Shown here: in pieces, positions 55,732-64,000 of the stretch | Layout of the letters: the number at the start of each line of letters is the position of its first letter | How positions within the stretch are numbered: the stretch's first letter is position 1 | Virus record (IMG/VR): IMGVR_UViG_3300037361_000044 | Coordinates: 126,299-190,298 of that record | DNA: 64,000 nt | Direction: 5' to 3' (one strand) | DNA from: a virus | Lineage: Duplodnaviria; Caudoviricetes | Program-made: the position numbers and the translations under genes | The notes under the pieces: generated by a model | Databases searched by the model: none | Seen by the model: only the letters and a program-made list of their open reading frames with translations | Told to the model about the DNA's origin: nothing

Positions 55732-56238
55732 CTACTGCAGCCACCAGTAGGCAGGGAGCTCCGTTACGGGTACATCAATACCCGGGCGGGGCTTCTCTCT
55801 TTTTGGCGCAGCCTTACGGGGAGCCTGTGGCCGTGGCTTGCCCTTGTTGGAGCCGTGGGTGACTGGTGGTTCCTTCTTTAGTGGTGGTGCCTGGAAGTAA
55901 TCGAAGGTGGCAAGGTTCAACAGCCTGCGTTCACTCGTCGTCAAGCGCTCGACGGATTTGCTCCCTTGCATCAACTGCTCGAGAAGTCCTTTCACCTCGT
56001 CCCCGTACTTCTCTGGATTCCTTTGGTAGTCGGAGACCAAGAGGGTCGGGTCCCCTAGGGTGCCATCGAAGAGGTCCGTCAGCCTCCTCATCTTCGGGGT
56101 AGCCTGCTCCTGGGCTTCCAACTCCACCAGCTCCGAGAACGTCGGAAACTGTGGAGGGGGTGGCGCCACCGGCGGCTGTAGGGAGGTAAGATTTGTAGTG
56201 GTCGACGGCTCTTCCGACAACGGCTGCTTTGTAGTCAT
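55732..56238 (-). CDS. Hypothetical protein (start could be 56091)
   Basis: ORF track; abuts the convergent gene with no gap. Confidence 0.6.
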   Translation of the reverse strand: MTTKQPLSEEPSTTTNLTSLQPPVAPPPPQFPTFSELVELEAQEQATPKMRRLTDLFDGTLGDPTLLVSDYQRNPEKYGDEVKGLLEQLMQGSKSVERLTTSERRLLNLATFDYFQAPPLKKEPPVTHGSNKGKPRPQAPRKAAPKREKPRPGIDVPVTELPAYWWLQ

Positions 56239-56428
56239 CGATGATCCTCGGCTGCATAGCTAAAAGAAAATGGGAGCAGATGGCACCCATCAGCTCGAGC
56301 TGCCCTTTGGGAGGCAGCCCGCGCTGTTTGAGCTCGGCGTTTACTATGAACATGTACATGCGGAGCAAGTCCCAAACCTCCTCGAAGAGGCGGGGTCCGT
56401 ACTTGCCGTACTTGCGTATGAGCCGCAT
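55931..56428 (-). CDS. Hypothetical protein overlapping the downstream gene
   Basis: Protein-like N-terminal ~85 aa. Confidence 0.5.
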   Translation of the reverse strand: MRLIRKYGKYGPRLFEEVWDLLRMYMFIVNAELKQRGLPPKGQLELMGAICSHFLLAMQPRIIDDYKAAVVGRAVDHYKSYLPTAAGGATPSTVSDVLGAGGVGSPGAGYPEDEEADGPLRWHPRGPDPLGLRLPKESREVRGRGERTSRAVDAREQIRRALDDE

Positions 56429-56449
56429 GCCCTTACTGTACCCTCAGAA

Positions 56450-57190
56450 CTACGTGAGTTCTAGCGCGGTCCTCTCCTCCTTCGAGGTGGGCATGAGGTT
56501 ACACGTACTTCCCTTGAACCTGAAGCGATCAGGGGAGGGTGGCCAGTAGTACCAGGTGTATTCAATGGAGTCCCCAGGCATGGGCTTTCCTCGAAGCTTC
56601 ACCTTCTTGTAGTCGTCAGGGTAGTTGGGAAATACACCGCACTGCAGGAACTTGAGACGGTCCGGTAGGTTGAGCTCGTCTGGCATGCACCCACGTAGCA
56701 GGTCATTCTTCCCATTGTTCGAGCCGCTGCCCACCCAGTTACGTCGCTGCAGCATGAACACGTGGCTGGCAATCGCCAGGCACTTGCTCAGGAACTGCAT
56801 GGACTTGGAGAATGGTGGGTTGAAGATTGCCACGTCGAAGTAGGGTTCGGGTATTGGCTGCGCGTAGACCTGCCTGCCCTCGGACTTGGCTACAGACCTG
56901 GCATCCCACGTGAGGAAGTCGTCCTTGTGCACGGTCAAGCTCAGCGTGTTCAGGCCGATCCTCTCAAGGTTTTCCAGGCACTCTGGGCGCTGTTCTACGG
57001 CATGCCAGATGATCTGGCCGGGCCTGTCTTCCTCCACTGCTTGGATGATGCGACCATTCCCAGCACCGGCCTCCACCCAGATGCCTGGTGGGATATACAC
57101 CTCCTCAAGAAGTCGGCGCACAGCCCATCGGGGGGTCTCCCATGTCTCTCCTGCGGCCCTGTCCTCTTTGGTACGATGTGTTGAACTCAT
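56450..57190 (-). CDS. Putative DNA N6-adenine methyltransferase
   Basis: WETP, VEAGAGNG SAM motif, DFL, FNPPF; ATG 57190 coupled to HNH stop. Confidence 0.8.
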   Translation of the reverse strand: MSSTHRTKEDRAAGETWETPRWAVRRLLEEVYIPPGIWVEAGAGNGRIIQAVEEDRPGQIIWHAVEQRPECLENLERIGLNTLSLTVHKDDFLTWDARSVAKSEGRQVYAQPIPEPYFDVAIFNPPFSKSMQFLSKCLAIASHVFMLQRRNWVGSGSNNGKNDLLRGCMPDELNLPDRLKFLQCGVFPNYPDDYKKVKLRGKPMPGDSIEYTWYYWPPSPDRFRFKGSTCNLMPTSKEERTALELT

Positions 57191-57801
57191 GTCGACCTCG
57201 TTGGTGTTTCTAGCGCGCGTGCTATGGTCCATCCTGCATGCAATCTTGACCACACCGCCTTGTAGTTTCTCGTGAGTAGCATGCACCACTCCACTAGGGT
57301 CTTTACTTCGTTCTGGTAAAGAACCAGGTGGTTGCTTCGCCGGTTCCTTGCCTGCTCCGTTTTGGTGGCCCAGCGCACATTCCCTGGACAGTAGTGTCCT
57401 CTATTCTCCTTACGGTCCAGCGAGTACTTGGGGCCAGGGTGTGGCCCTATGTGCTCCAAGAAACGAAGAAACCCAGCGGGGGTTCGCCAGGTACGGTGCA
57501 CCCTGATGCCACGCCCGCCGTAGTCCTTGTACCTATCGTCGTTCGGGTTGTGGCAGCGGCTGTTCATGGCCGCCCACGCCCTGTACTCAGGCGTTCTGGC
57601 TTTGCCGCTGTGGGCCTTACCGTGCGTGGTGTTCCTTTGAACGAGTAGTTCCCTTGCCAAGCACCCGCAGCTACGTATCTTTCCGGATGTAAGATGGTCA
57701 GCACGCACGTTCGTCATTGCTCCACAGCTGCAGCGACAAGCTACGTACGCTTTACCCTTGACGACGCCCGTAGGAGTTAGCCTGCCGTATTTACTCGTCA
57801 T
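57187..57801 (-). CDS. HNH homing endonuclease (same family as 24865..25542)
   Basis: YGRLT, CRCSCG, SCGC, YGGRGIRV, SLDRKENRGHYCPGNVRWA. Confidence 0.88.
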   Translation of the reverse strand: MTSKYGRLTPTGVVKGKAYVACRCSCGAMTNVRADHLTSGKIRSCGCLARELLVQRNTTHGKAHSGKARTPEYRAWAAMNSRCHNPNDDRYKDYGGRGIRVHRTWRTPAGFLRFLEHIGPHPGPKYSLDRKENRGHYCPGNVRWATKTEQARNRRSNHLVLYQNEVKTLVEWCMLLTRNYKAVWSRLHAGWTIARALETPTRST

Positions 57802-58712
57802 CTCGGTTCTCTCCTATTCCACGTCACGTAGTCGAAGCCCAGCGTCAGTATCACGAACTCGTTGATAAGTGGGCGTAGCGTACGTCGTATCCAGGTTTGG
57901 TTGATGGTTGGTATAGGCAGGCGGTGCTTTATCATGTGCTCCAGGTGGTTGGCTTTGGCTTCCTCAGATGAGTTCACCTTGAAGGCTCGAGCACCCTCCG
58001 CCAGTAGCACAGTGACTATCTCCTTCAAGGTGAGCCCGGCGTAAGCGACGTTGGCGTGCTGCTCGACAGCCAATTCCACCAGGTGCGAGTAGTACTTTCT
58101 CCGTAGAATGGCGTCTGCCATCATGCAGCTGTTGTGCCCCGTCGTACCAAGGGATAGGTCACCTTGTACCCGCCCCTCCCCGATGTAGTCGCAATCCTTG
58201 TGCCCTAACAGGAGGTCCAGATACTGGTTGGTGTAAGAGCCAAGCTCCGATACGGCCGTGTGCGCCTCAGCAGTGAATGACTCCCCGTACGGTGTCCCGT
58301 CGTAGCGGAAGACCGCCGGCATGTTGTACGGGTACGTGCCGTTAGGCGTATGCACAAAGCCTAGTGGTCGTCGTGTTTCCATCTCCAGGCCCTTGGGGGT
58401 TTCTCCGTAGATCCTGAAACCCTTGGGCATGTATTCATTCAGCCGCTGGATGGTGGTGGCAGAAAACCAGCCATGGTCGGAGATAGTGAAGTAGTCCCCT
58501 TCCCAGAAATGCAGGATGGGGTTGCCAAAGAGCACGACTCGGTATGCCGGCTGGGACTGGGCGATCCCTTCGCTAGCTCTCTCCACGTACGTAAGCTGGG
58601 TTTTGTTCGCCAGCCGCTTGACGTCGTGATCGAGCTGCGCGACTACTCCGTGTCCGTTCTTTATCCTGGTGGCATGCTCCTCGAGCAAATCCTTGGCGGA
58701 AGTGTAGTCCAT
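57798..58712 (-). CDS. Hypothetical phage protein (MDYTSAKDLL...)
   Basis: Likely ATG 58712, 6 nt after the ATAAG motif; longer ORF extension is antisense to a + gene. Confidence 0.7.
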   Translation of the reverse strand: MDYTSAKDLLEEHATRIKNGHGVVAQLDHDVKRLANKTQLTYVERASEGIAQSQPAYRVVLFGNPILHFWEGDYFTISDHGWFSATTIQRLNEYMPKGFRIYGETPKGLEMETRRPLGFVHTPNGTYPYNMPAVFRYDGTPYGESFTAEAHTAVSELGSYTNQYLDLLLGHKDCDYIGEGRVQGDLSLGTTGHNSCMMADAILRRKYYSHLVELAVEQHANVAYAGLTLKEIVTVLLAEGARAFKVNSSEEAKANHLEHMIKHRLPIPTINQTWIRRTLRPLINEFVILTLGFDYVTWNRREPR

Positions 58713-58718
58713 ACGAAC

Positions 58719-58744
58719 CTTATCCCCGCTACCCCGGATTCTTG
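58719..58744 (-). promoter_or_regulatory. Putative phage promoter CAA-N18-ATAAG
   Basis: Minus strand CAAGAATCCGGGGTAGCGGGGATAAG in a divergent intergenic region. Confidence 0.6.
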
Positions 58745-58820
58745 CCATGTACTTCCTTGCCCCTTGGCAAACGCCAGGCATGATGTATTCTCTACGCGTT
58801 CGTGCTAGCAAGGAGTAACT

Positions 58821-59252
58821 ATGTCCCATTTCGTATACGCAATGAAGAGTGCAGACAAGCCCCCAGCAGGGGGAGGAACCACCAAGGGCTGGTTCGAGTA
58901 CTACAAGTGGGATGTCGACGGGGAGGCTTTCGTCCCCGTTCCCGAGGATGTAGCTGGTGGGGCTCCAGAGGTAGGGGACACGCTTTGGTTCCTCATGGAC
59001 AACCAGCTGCTGGGCTGCGTCCCTGTGCTGAGCGTATCCGCGGATGAGCTCAACAGCCAGCTGGAGATTCATTACGACACCCGCCAGCTGCAGGACTTCG
59101 AGCAGCAGACCAAGTACTGGATGCCCCACAGCACTGGAAAGTGCGTGTTTATTGGGGACATCAGCTACTACGACGCAGTGAAGAGGGATGTAGACGCCCG
59201 GTACCTCCCGCGCGACAAGCGGGTCAAGGTAGAGGAAAAGACGGCTGGGTAG
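58821..59252 (+). CDS. Hypothetical protein
   Basis: AAGGAG RBS. Confidence 0.75.
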   Translation: MSHFVYAMKSADKPPAGGGTTKGWFEYYKWDVDGEAFVPVPEDVAGGAPEVGDTLWFLMDNQLLGCVPVLSVSADELNSQLEIHYDTRQLQDFEQQTKYWMPHSTGKCVFIGDISYYDAVKRDVDARYLPRDKRVKVEEKTAG

Positions 59253-59344
59253 TACAAGTACTTGCCCTTCCCTTGAATTTGTAGCAGAAGGGTAGTACAT
59301 CAGTCGGACGGCAGTACGCCGACGTCAATGCTAGGAAGAAGCAC

Positions 59345-60181
59345 ATGAGCAGTTACACCAAGTTCACATTAGCCACGTTCAAAGCGCGGCTTACGGGAGG
59401 TTCCTACGCGAACCTCACCGGGGCCAATCGGGCCATCGGCAAGACGCAGGAGTTGTCCGAAGAGGACAAGGGCAAGGCGCGCACCATGGCAGCCAAGCAC
59501 TTTGGCGTTGCCGCCCCTGCAAAGAAGGCGGCCCCCAAGGCCGCGGCTAAGCCAGCGGTCAAGCCCGCGAAGAAGGTGGCCAAAAAGGCTACGAAGAAGG
59601 CAACCCCCAAGGCCAAGCCTGCTGCGCCCCCCGCGAAGAAGGCAGCCAAAAAGGCTGTGAAGAAGAGCGCAAAGAAGGTGGCGAAGAAGGCCACCAAGTC
59701 TGCCCCCGCGGCAGAACCTGCGCCTGGTGCGTCCCCAAAAGCACCAGCGATGGCGGCGCCGAAAGCTCCGGCCTCCATCGCAGTGACGACGGAGCTTCCT
59801 GAAGTACGCAAGGCACGAGTGATTGAGCAGATGGGCTCTGTCGTCACTACTATCGGACAGGCCCTTACGTCCATGAGGGATGCCAAGCAGCTGTTCCCAA
59901 AAGCTGAGCTGGAGGAGGGCGTCACCACCGCGGTCTTCTCAATGTCTCGAGCAGTGCAGCGACTCGATCAGGAGGTCATCTCCCCCGGTTTGCTGCCCGC
60001 TTCGGCACCTGCTGCAAAGCAGACTGCCAAGGCTGGTAAAAGGCTCAAGACGGACACAGCTGCACCCGAGGTGGATGTAGCAGCCGGCAGTGATGCGGCC
60101 CCCTCGGCCGACATAGATGGGCTGCAGGATGGTAGTAAGCCTGTTCGTCGCCCAGCACGGGTTGCTTCGCAACCCACCTGA
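59345..60181 (+). CDS. Histone H1-like, Lys/Ala/Pro-rich DNA-binding protein
   Basis: PAKKAAPKAAAKPAVKPAKKVAKKATKK repeats between two helical domains. Confidence 0.72.
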   Translation: MSSYTKFTLATFKARLTGGSYANLTGANRAIGKTQELSEEDKGKARTMAAKHFGVAAPAKKAAPKAAAKPAVKPAKKVAKKATKKATPKAKPAAPPAKKAAKKAVKKSAKKVAKKATKSAPAAEPAPGASPKAPAMAAPKAPASIAVTTELPEVRKARVIEQMGSVVTTIGQALTSMRDAKQLFPKAELEEGVTTAVFSMSRAVQRLDQEVISPGLLPASAPAAKQTAKAGKRLKTDTAAPEVDVAAGSDAAPSADIDGLQDGSKPVRRPARVASQPT

Positions 60182-60217
60182 GTCCGATGGGCTCTTTGTC
60201 CTCACAGACAGAACGAC

Positions 60218-60266
60218 CAAGGACCCGGTGTCTCCTCTCTTACATGTGGGGAGCTCCGGGTTCTTG
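60218..60266 (+). terminator. Strong hairpin downstream of the H1-like gene
   Basis: CAAGGACCCGG...CCGGGTTCTTG with inner CTCC/GGAG pairing. Confidence 0.55.
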
Positions 60267-60280
60267 TGTCATTTACCCGC

Positions 60281-60568
60281 ATGCCAACTAACGCCCTAGA
60301 AGAGCACACGCTGCAGCTGCTTCGTGCCAGGTACATGGACACCCTGCCATGGCTGTGCACGCAGACTGGGGCAAGGGTAACCGTGGTGCCCAGTGGGCGG
60401 GGTAATGCGTTCACGCTGGTGGCTGTGTGGGTAACAGGTAGACACTCGAAGTACTACGGTGCTGAGATGGTGAGACAGCTGGGTAGGCGTGGCTGCGCGC
60501 GACGACTAGCTGAGTTGTTCATCCAAGAGGTCAGGAAAGCACGCGGAGAGGAGATTGACGACGAATGA
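60281..60568 (+). CDS. Hypothetical protein
   Basis: Likely ATG 60281; coupled to the kinase gene. Confidence 0.6.
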   Translation: MPTNALEEHTLQLLRARYMDTLPWLCTQTGARVTVVPSGRGNAFTLVAVWVTGRHSKYYGAEMVRQLGRRGCARRLAELFIQEVRKARGEEIDDE

Positions 60569-61341
60569 CGGTCATAGGAGTCACCGGTCTGCACATTGAT
60601 CCACTGGGTAACAAGCGCATTGCAGGCGCTGGAAAGGATCGCGTCGCTAATCGTTTGCTCGAGAAGCACAGCTTCGTGTTGATGTCTTTCGCTGACCCGC
60701 TGAAGAGATTCTTGCAGGAGGTCTACGAGTTCACCGACGAGCAGCTCTGGGGCGAGAGCGAGAAGCGGACAGAGCCAGACACGCGGTACCCTCGACCGCG
60801 TCAGTTCAAGGATCAGGACATCCCTACGCAGTACCTGACCCCGCGCTTCGCGTTGACGTCCTTGGGCAATGACTGGGGTCGTGAATGCTACGACGCCACC
60901 TGGGTGGACTACCTGCGTCGAACGGCCGTCAAGCTGCAGTGTGGCGGGTACACGTACAGCCAGAAGCTGGGGCTGCAGCCGTGCATCTACACCAGCGACG
61001 ACCCTTGGATTCGGCCTAAGACGAAGATCGTGGTGTCTGATTGCCGGTACTTCAACGAAGCCCAGGCAGTACGTGATGCCGGCGGTGTATTGGTCCGCGT
61101 GAAGCGGTTTGCCAAAGAGCCCTTCGACAAGAAGCTGATGGATAATGAGCACGCCAGTGAGGTGCAACTGCCGCAGTGGCCCGACAGCGAGTTCGACTAT
61201 GTAATCCCCAACGACGCTGGCCTGCTGGACTTAGCCATGCGCACGGACAGCATGCATGACGCAGCGACGGGCCGAATGATCCCGTTCGACGAGAGCCAAC
61301 AGGACATCCCTCCCTTCCTCAGAAAACCGACCACTACATGA
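60565..61341 (+). CDS. Deoxynucleoside monophosphate kinase (T4 gp1-like)
   Basis: VIGVTG...AGAGKD, MSFADPLK, TPRFALTSLGNDWGR, VVSDCRYFNE, HASE. Confidence 0.88.
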   Translation: MTVIGVTGLHIDPLGNKRIAGAGKDRVANRLLEKHSFVLMSFADPLKRFLQEVYEFTDEQLWGESEKRTEPDTRYPRPRQFKDQDIPTQYLTPRFALTSLGNDWGRECYDATWVDYLRRTAVKLQCGGYTYSQKLGLQPCIYTSDDPWIRPKTKIVVSDCRYFNEAQAVRDAGGVLVRVKRFAKEPFDKKLMDNEHASEVQLPQWPDSEFDYVIPNDAGLLDLAMRTDSMHDAATGRMIPFDESQQDIPPFLRKPTTT

Positions 61342-61353
61342 TAGGGTAACTAC

Positions 61354-61749
61354 ATGGCGTTTCCATTGAGTTTAGAGCAGGCTGAGTACGAGACCCTCGC
61401 AGAGTATGCCCGGCAGGGTACGCTGGATGCCGAGGGCAACGTCATCCCTGAGAAGGCGCGTGGGCTTGACGCCTGGCTGCGCATGATCGAGGGGAAGAAC
61501 GATGTGCATCGCTACTATCTGTGGGTGCAGTGGCAGGAGCAGGGCGCGGCGCTTCCGCCAGGCGTTTCCTTTCCTGAGAGGTGGCCACCTAGCTTGCGCT
61601 CGTTCATCGCTCTCACCACGCGCGCCATCTGCAAGCAGGACGTGTTGGATGTCCTCAGCAGCCAGGCACGACAACCGACCAGTGTTTTAGTAACCACGGA
61701 TCCGGCTGCAATAGTCGGTTGGACTGAATTGGATGTGCACTTCAAATGA
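61354..61749 (+). CDS. Hypothetical protein
   Basis: ORF in a coupled run. Confidence 0.7.
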   Translation: MAFPLSLEQAEYETLAEYARQGTLDAEGNVIPEKARGLDAWLRMIEGKNDVHRYYLWVQWQEQGAALPPGVSFPERWPPSLRSFIALTTRAICKQDVLDVLSSQARQPTSVLVTTDPAAIVGWTELDVHFK

Positions 61750-61982
61750 ATGAAGTTGCCGAACGCATCAAGGAGCAGTCTGCCCAGTACCAAGTGGGCA
61801 GGCTCCGCGTTCAGCTAGATGAAACGGTCACGTTACGCAAAGCTGAGACTTCTCAGTACGTAAAAGACTTACAAGTGCTAGTCAACTACATCCAAGCGGT
61901 GGCCAGCGACATACCTGAAGAGGTGAACGAGGTCATTGCCAGGGCTGAAGAGCTCCTCACGATAAAGCGACTGAGATTATGA
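61746..61982 (+). CDS. Hypothetical protein
   Basis: ATGA overlap. Confidence 0.65.
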   Translation: MNEVAERIKEQSAQYQVGRLRVQLDETVTLRKAETSQYVKDLQVLVNYIQAVASDIPEEVNEVIARAEELLTIKRLRL

Positions 61983-62230
61983 GCGATGCAGTAGACGTAG
62001 CTGTAGAGACTTTCGAAGGAGAGCTCTACCAGTTCCCCAACACATCCGAAGCCAGCTTGCGCCAGGCGCTGGCCAAGGCGCTTGGGGATCAGACGGTGTT
62101 GTCCTTGGTGAACCTGTCGGGAGCAGCCATGGTGGTGCTGTGGCCAACAGTCTGTCGCATCACCTTTGCCAACATTGACGCGGACGTAGTAGATGATGTC
62201 TGGCAGACACTGTGGGAGGTCACCCCGTGA
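61979..62230 (+). CDS. Hypothetical protein
   Basis: ATGA overlap. Confidence 0.65.
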   Translation: MSDAVDVAVETFEGELYQFPNTSEASLRQALAKALGDQTVLSLVNLSGAAMVVLWPTVCRITFANIDADVVDDVWQTLWEVTP

Positions 62231-62652
62231 GCAACAACGCCATGAACTGCATGAATTGCAAGGCCAGTGTAGAACCCGCCGACGCGAAGCTCTTCGCTGA
62301 GGTGTACCTGTGCCCCAGCTGTTACGCGCAGGCAGTGCACTTCTGGACGCGGCTGGATACAGAGCTGCGTAATCTGCTGGTCATGGCGCGTGATGCCATT
62401 CGAGTTAGCCTGCTGGAGGGTAAGTTCTTCTTTCCTGAGGCGTCTGGTGACAATGCGGTATCCAAGCGGGCTGTGCTGGAGAGTATCCTGAGCATGGAAG
62501 AAGCCAGAGCAGCCAAGGAGTCCGCATGTACCAAGACGACGAGTACACAGTCAGCCCAAACACCAGCCTCTTCGGGGATTACACCGCCATCTGCACGCAC
62601 CCTGGCTGTCCCGGGAAGCTCAAGTTCACTCAAGGGCTCTCCGCGAAGTTGA
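62227..62652 (+). CDS. Zn-finger hypothetical protein
   Basis: GTG 62227 after GGGAGG; CMNC...CPSC. Confidence 0.65.
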   Translation: MSNNAMNCMNCKASVEPADAKLFAEVYLCPSCYAQAVHFWTRLDTELRNLLVMARDAIRVSLLEGKFFFPEASGDNAVSKRAVLESILSMEEARAAKESACTKTTSTQSAQTPASSGITPPSARTLAVPGSSSSLKGSPRS

Positions 62653-62801
62653 GCCCGGGTGACGCGGTGCCCTATGACCGCAGCCACCCGGAGTTCGGGA
62701 AGTGTCCAGTATGCAAGCGCAACAAGATGCAAGTACGTACAGCCCCGGCACTACCGGAGCCGTTGCAGCCCAAAGGGTTTGCCTCGATACCGACGATATG
62801 A
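62526..62801 (+). CDS. Zn-ribbon hypothetical protein
   Basis: AAGGAG RBS; CTHPGC...CPVC. Confidence 0.65.
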   Translation: MYQDDEYTVSPNTSLFGDYTAICTHPGCPGKLKFTQGLSAKLSPGDAVPYDRSHPEFGKCPVCKRNKMQVRTAPALPEPLQPKGFASIPTI

Positions 62802-63184
62802 TGTGGCTGCGCCGGGACTGGAACGTCCCGGTGGGCACCTTCTCGTCATTCACCACACGGCAGCAGCAAGCCAATGTGGACGGCCACCTGCTGCGGTGGT
62901 GGTCCTTCAAGGTGGATCGGCTGCACATCAGTCACCGTTCTGCGATGCACTTGCTGCAGGGGCGCACGTTGAGTGACCTCCTGCTGCCAAGTCATTACAT
63001 ACAGAAGGACGGTGGAGAATACTTCGGGGAGGTGGGGCAGCTGGTTCTTCGGGTAGACCCGTGGAACTACTGGCTTCCACGCCCGGTTGTGACCGGGCTG
63101 ACGGTGGTTACGGTGGAGTTGCCGCCGCAGGAGCTTGCACTGGAAAAGGTGCTCGAGGCTCTTGTGGCGGCATCGGCCTCTTGA
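62798..63184 (+). CDS. Hypothetical protein
   Basis: ATG 62798 overlapping the upstream stop. Confidence 0.6.
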   Translation: MMWLRRDWNVPVGTFSSFTTRQQQANVDGHLLRWWSFKVDRLHISHRSAMHLLQGRTLSDLLLPSHYIQKDGGEYFGEVGQLVLRVDPWNYWLPRPVVTGLTVVTVELPPQELALEKVLEALVAASAS

Positions 63185-63207
63185 CCACTGCCTTTTTTCT
63201 AGCTATG
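63169..63207 (+). terminator. Weak hairpin-TTTTTTC-TAGC terminator-like element
   Basis: GCCTTTTTTCTAGCTATG directly after the last gene of the run. Confidence 0.45.
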
Positions 63208-63244
63208 AGTTAGGCGTACGCTGTACGCCAGGAGCGATGACCGA

Positions 63245-64000
63245 ATGGCGAAACGAGAAGATAACGGGAGTATCGTGAGTCCGGGAGGTCCCGGTATCCC
63301 ACCTACGACCGTAGTACGGGATGCCAGACAGCCCACGCGGCTGGGCTCCGATCCCCTGCAACCCCCTGCCCCGTTCGTGGACCCTTCGCGAACAGGAGAC
63401 CCTGTGGCCTTGCGCTACGCCCAAGCTGCGGAGCAACGCAGACGCGGGCAACTGCCGCTGCCCAAGTACACAACGCCGGTGGCAGGTGGCCCGGACGTGC
63501 CCATCCCAATGCTGAACGAGCAGGCGGCAGAGGGCTCCACCATGGCGGCTCAGGCGCTGATGCAGCGTGGGTCTGCGCCCATGCCTGCGCCGAATCTGAA
63601 TGGCTTGGTCAGCAGCCTGGGCAATGAGCCTGCACTGCGAACCGGCGGTATCGTGGATGGGACTGCGCACCAAGAGATGCCACAGGCTGCACGTAGCGGT
63701 GGTCTGCATGTACCTCCTGGGTTGATGCCTTCGGACATGCTGCCGGAGGAAGCCACTAGGGACCCGGCGTTCCAGCAAGGGCACGGTTCCATGTTTGCCG
63801 TGAATCAGCCAGGTCTGGCTGCCAAGTACGGGGTGATGCGTGGAAAGGATCGGCTTATGCCGCAGCAGCTAGCCTCGGCGCAGCCACGCCCTAGCGGCGC
63901 ATCGGCTGGTGGTGCCAAGCTAAGTGCAGACACGGTGGAGGGATTGAAGGCCTTGCAACGGCTCGAGGCCGAGAGGCAGCAACAGGCCACGGCAGCCACC
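63245..64000 (+). CDS. Pro/Gly-rich hypothetical protein, truncated by the window end (MAKREDNGSIVSPGG...)
   Basis: Manual translation; AGGAG upstream; open to 64000. Confidence 0.7.
   Translation, partial: MAKREDNGSIVSPGGPGIPPTTVVRDARQPTRLGSDPLQPPAPFVDPSRTGDPVALRYAQAAEQRRRGQLPLPKYTTPVAGGPDVPIPMLNEQAAEGSTMAAQALMQRGSAPMPAPNLNGLVSSLGNEPALRTGGIVDGTAHQEMPQAARSGGLHVPPGLMPSDMLPEEATRDPAFQQGHGSMFAVNQPGLAAKYGVMRGKDRLMPQQLASAQPRPSGASAGGAKLSADTVEGLKALQRLEAERQQQATAAT

Noticed and set aside
58713-59300. N-terminal extension of the 500-aa minus ORF
   Set aside because: Antisense to gene 58821..59252 and spans the ATAAG motif; the real start is more likely 58712
59510-59700. Short tandem-like nucleotide repeats, also at 36320-36420 and 42640-42740
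   Set aside because: Explained by low-complexity protein coding; no constant repeat-spacer structure, so not CRISPR
1-64000. tRNA, rRNA, CRISPR arrays, DGR or retron elements, stop-codon recoding
   Set aside because: None recognised by eye, and genes end normally at TAA, TAG and TGA; tRNAscan-SE and Infernal would be needed to exclude small RNAs

Overview
This 64 kb window looks like part of a large myovirus-type (probably jumbo) tailed phage genome, about 60% GC and read with the standard code. All assignments come from motif recognition only; no database search was run. It holds most of the virion morphogenesis module: portal, terminase large subunit, prohead protease, scaffold and internal head proteins, major capsid protein, neck, tail sheath, tail tube and baseplate spike. 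It also carries a 2133-aa single-chain fusion of bacterial-type RNA polymerase beta and beta', coupled to the spike gene. Other genes include an SF2 helicase with an Ala-initiated class 3 intein, a degenerate family-4 UDG, a MoxR-AAA/vWA-metallopeptidase pair, an N6-adenine methyltransferase, a dNMP kinase, an H1-like protein and five free-standing HNH endonucleases. Three patterns stand out. (1) There appears to be a private transcription system: a fused RNAP lacking the beta' N-terminal Zn domain and sigma70-contact arginines, a recurrent CAA-N18/19-ATAAG promoter-like motif, and a recurrent hairpin-pyrimidine tract-TAGC terminator-like motif bracketing the same units. (2) A K-x-A motif saturates about 14 head-associated proteins, often directly before amphipathic or glycine-zipper segments, suggesting protease-released membrane-active virion cargo. 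(3) Hairpins occlude the starts of the three HNH genes that follow terminase, capsid and sheath. No tRNA, rRNA or CRISPR array was seen.
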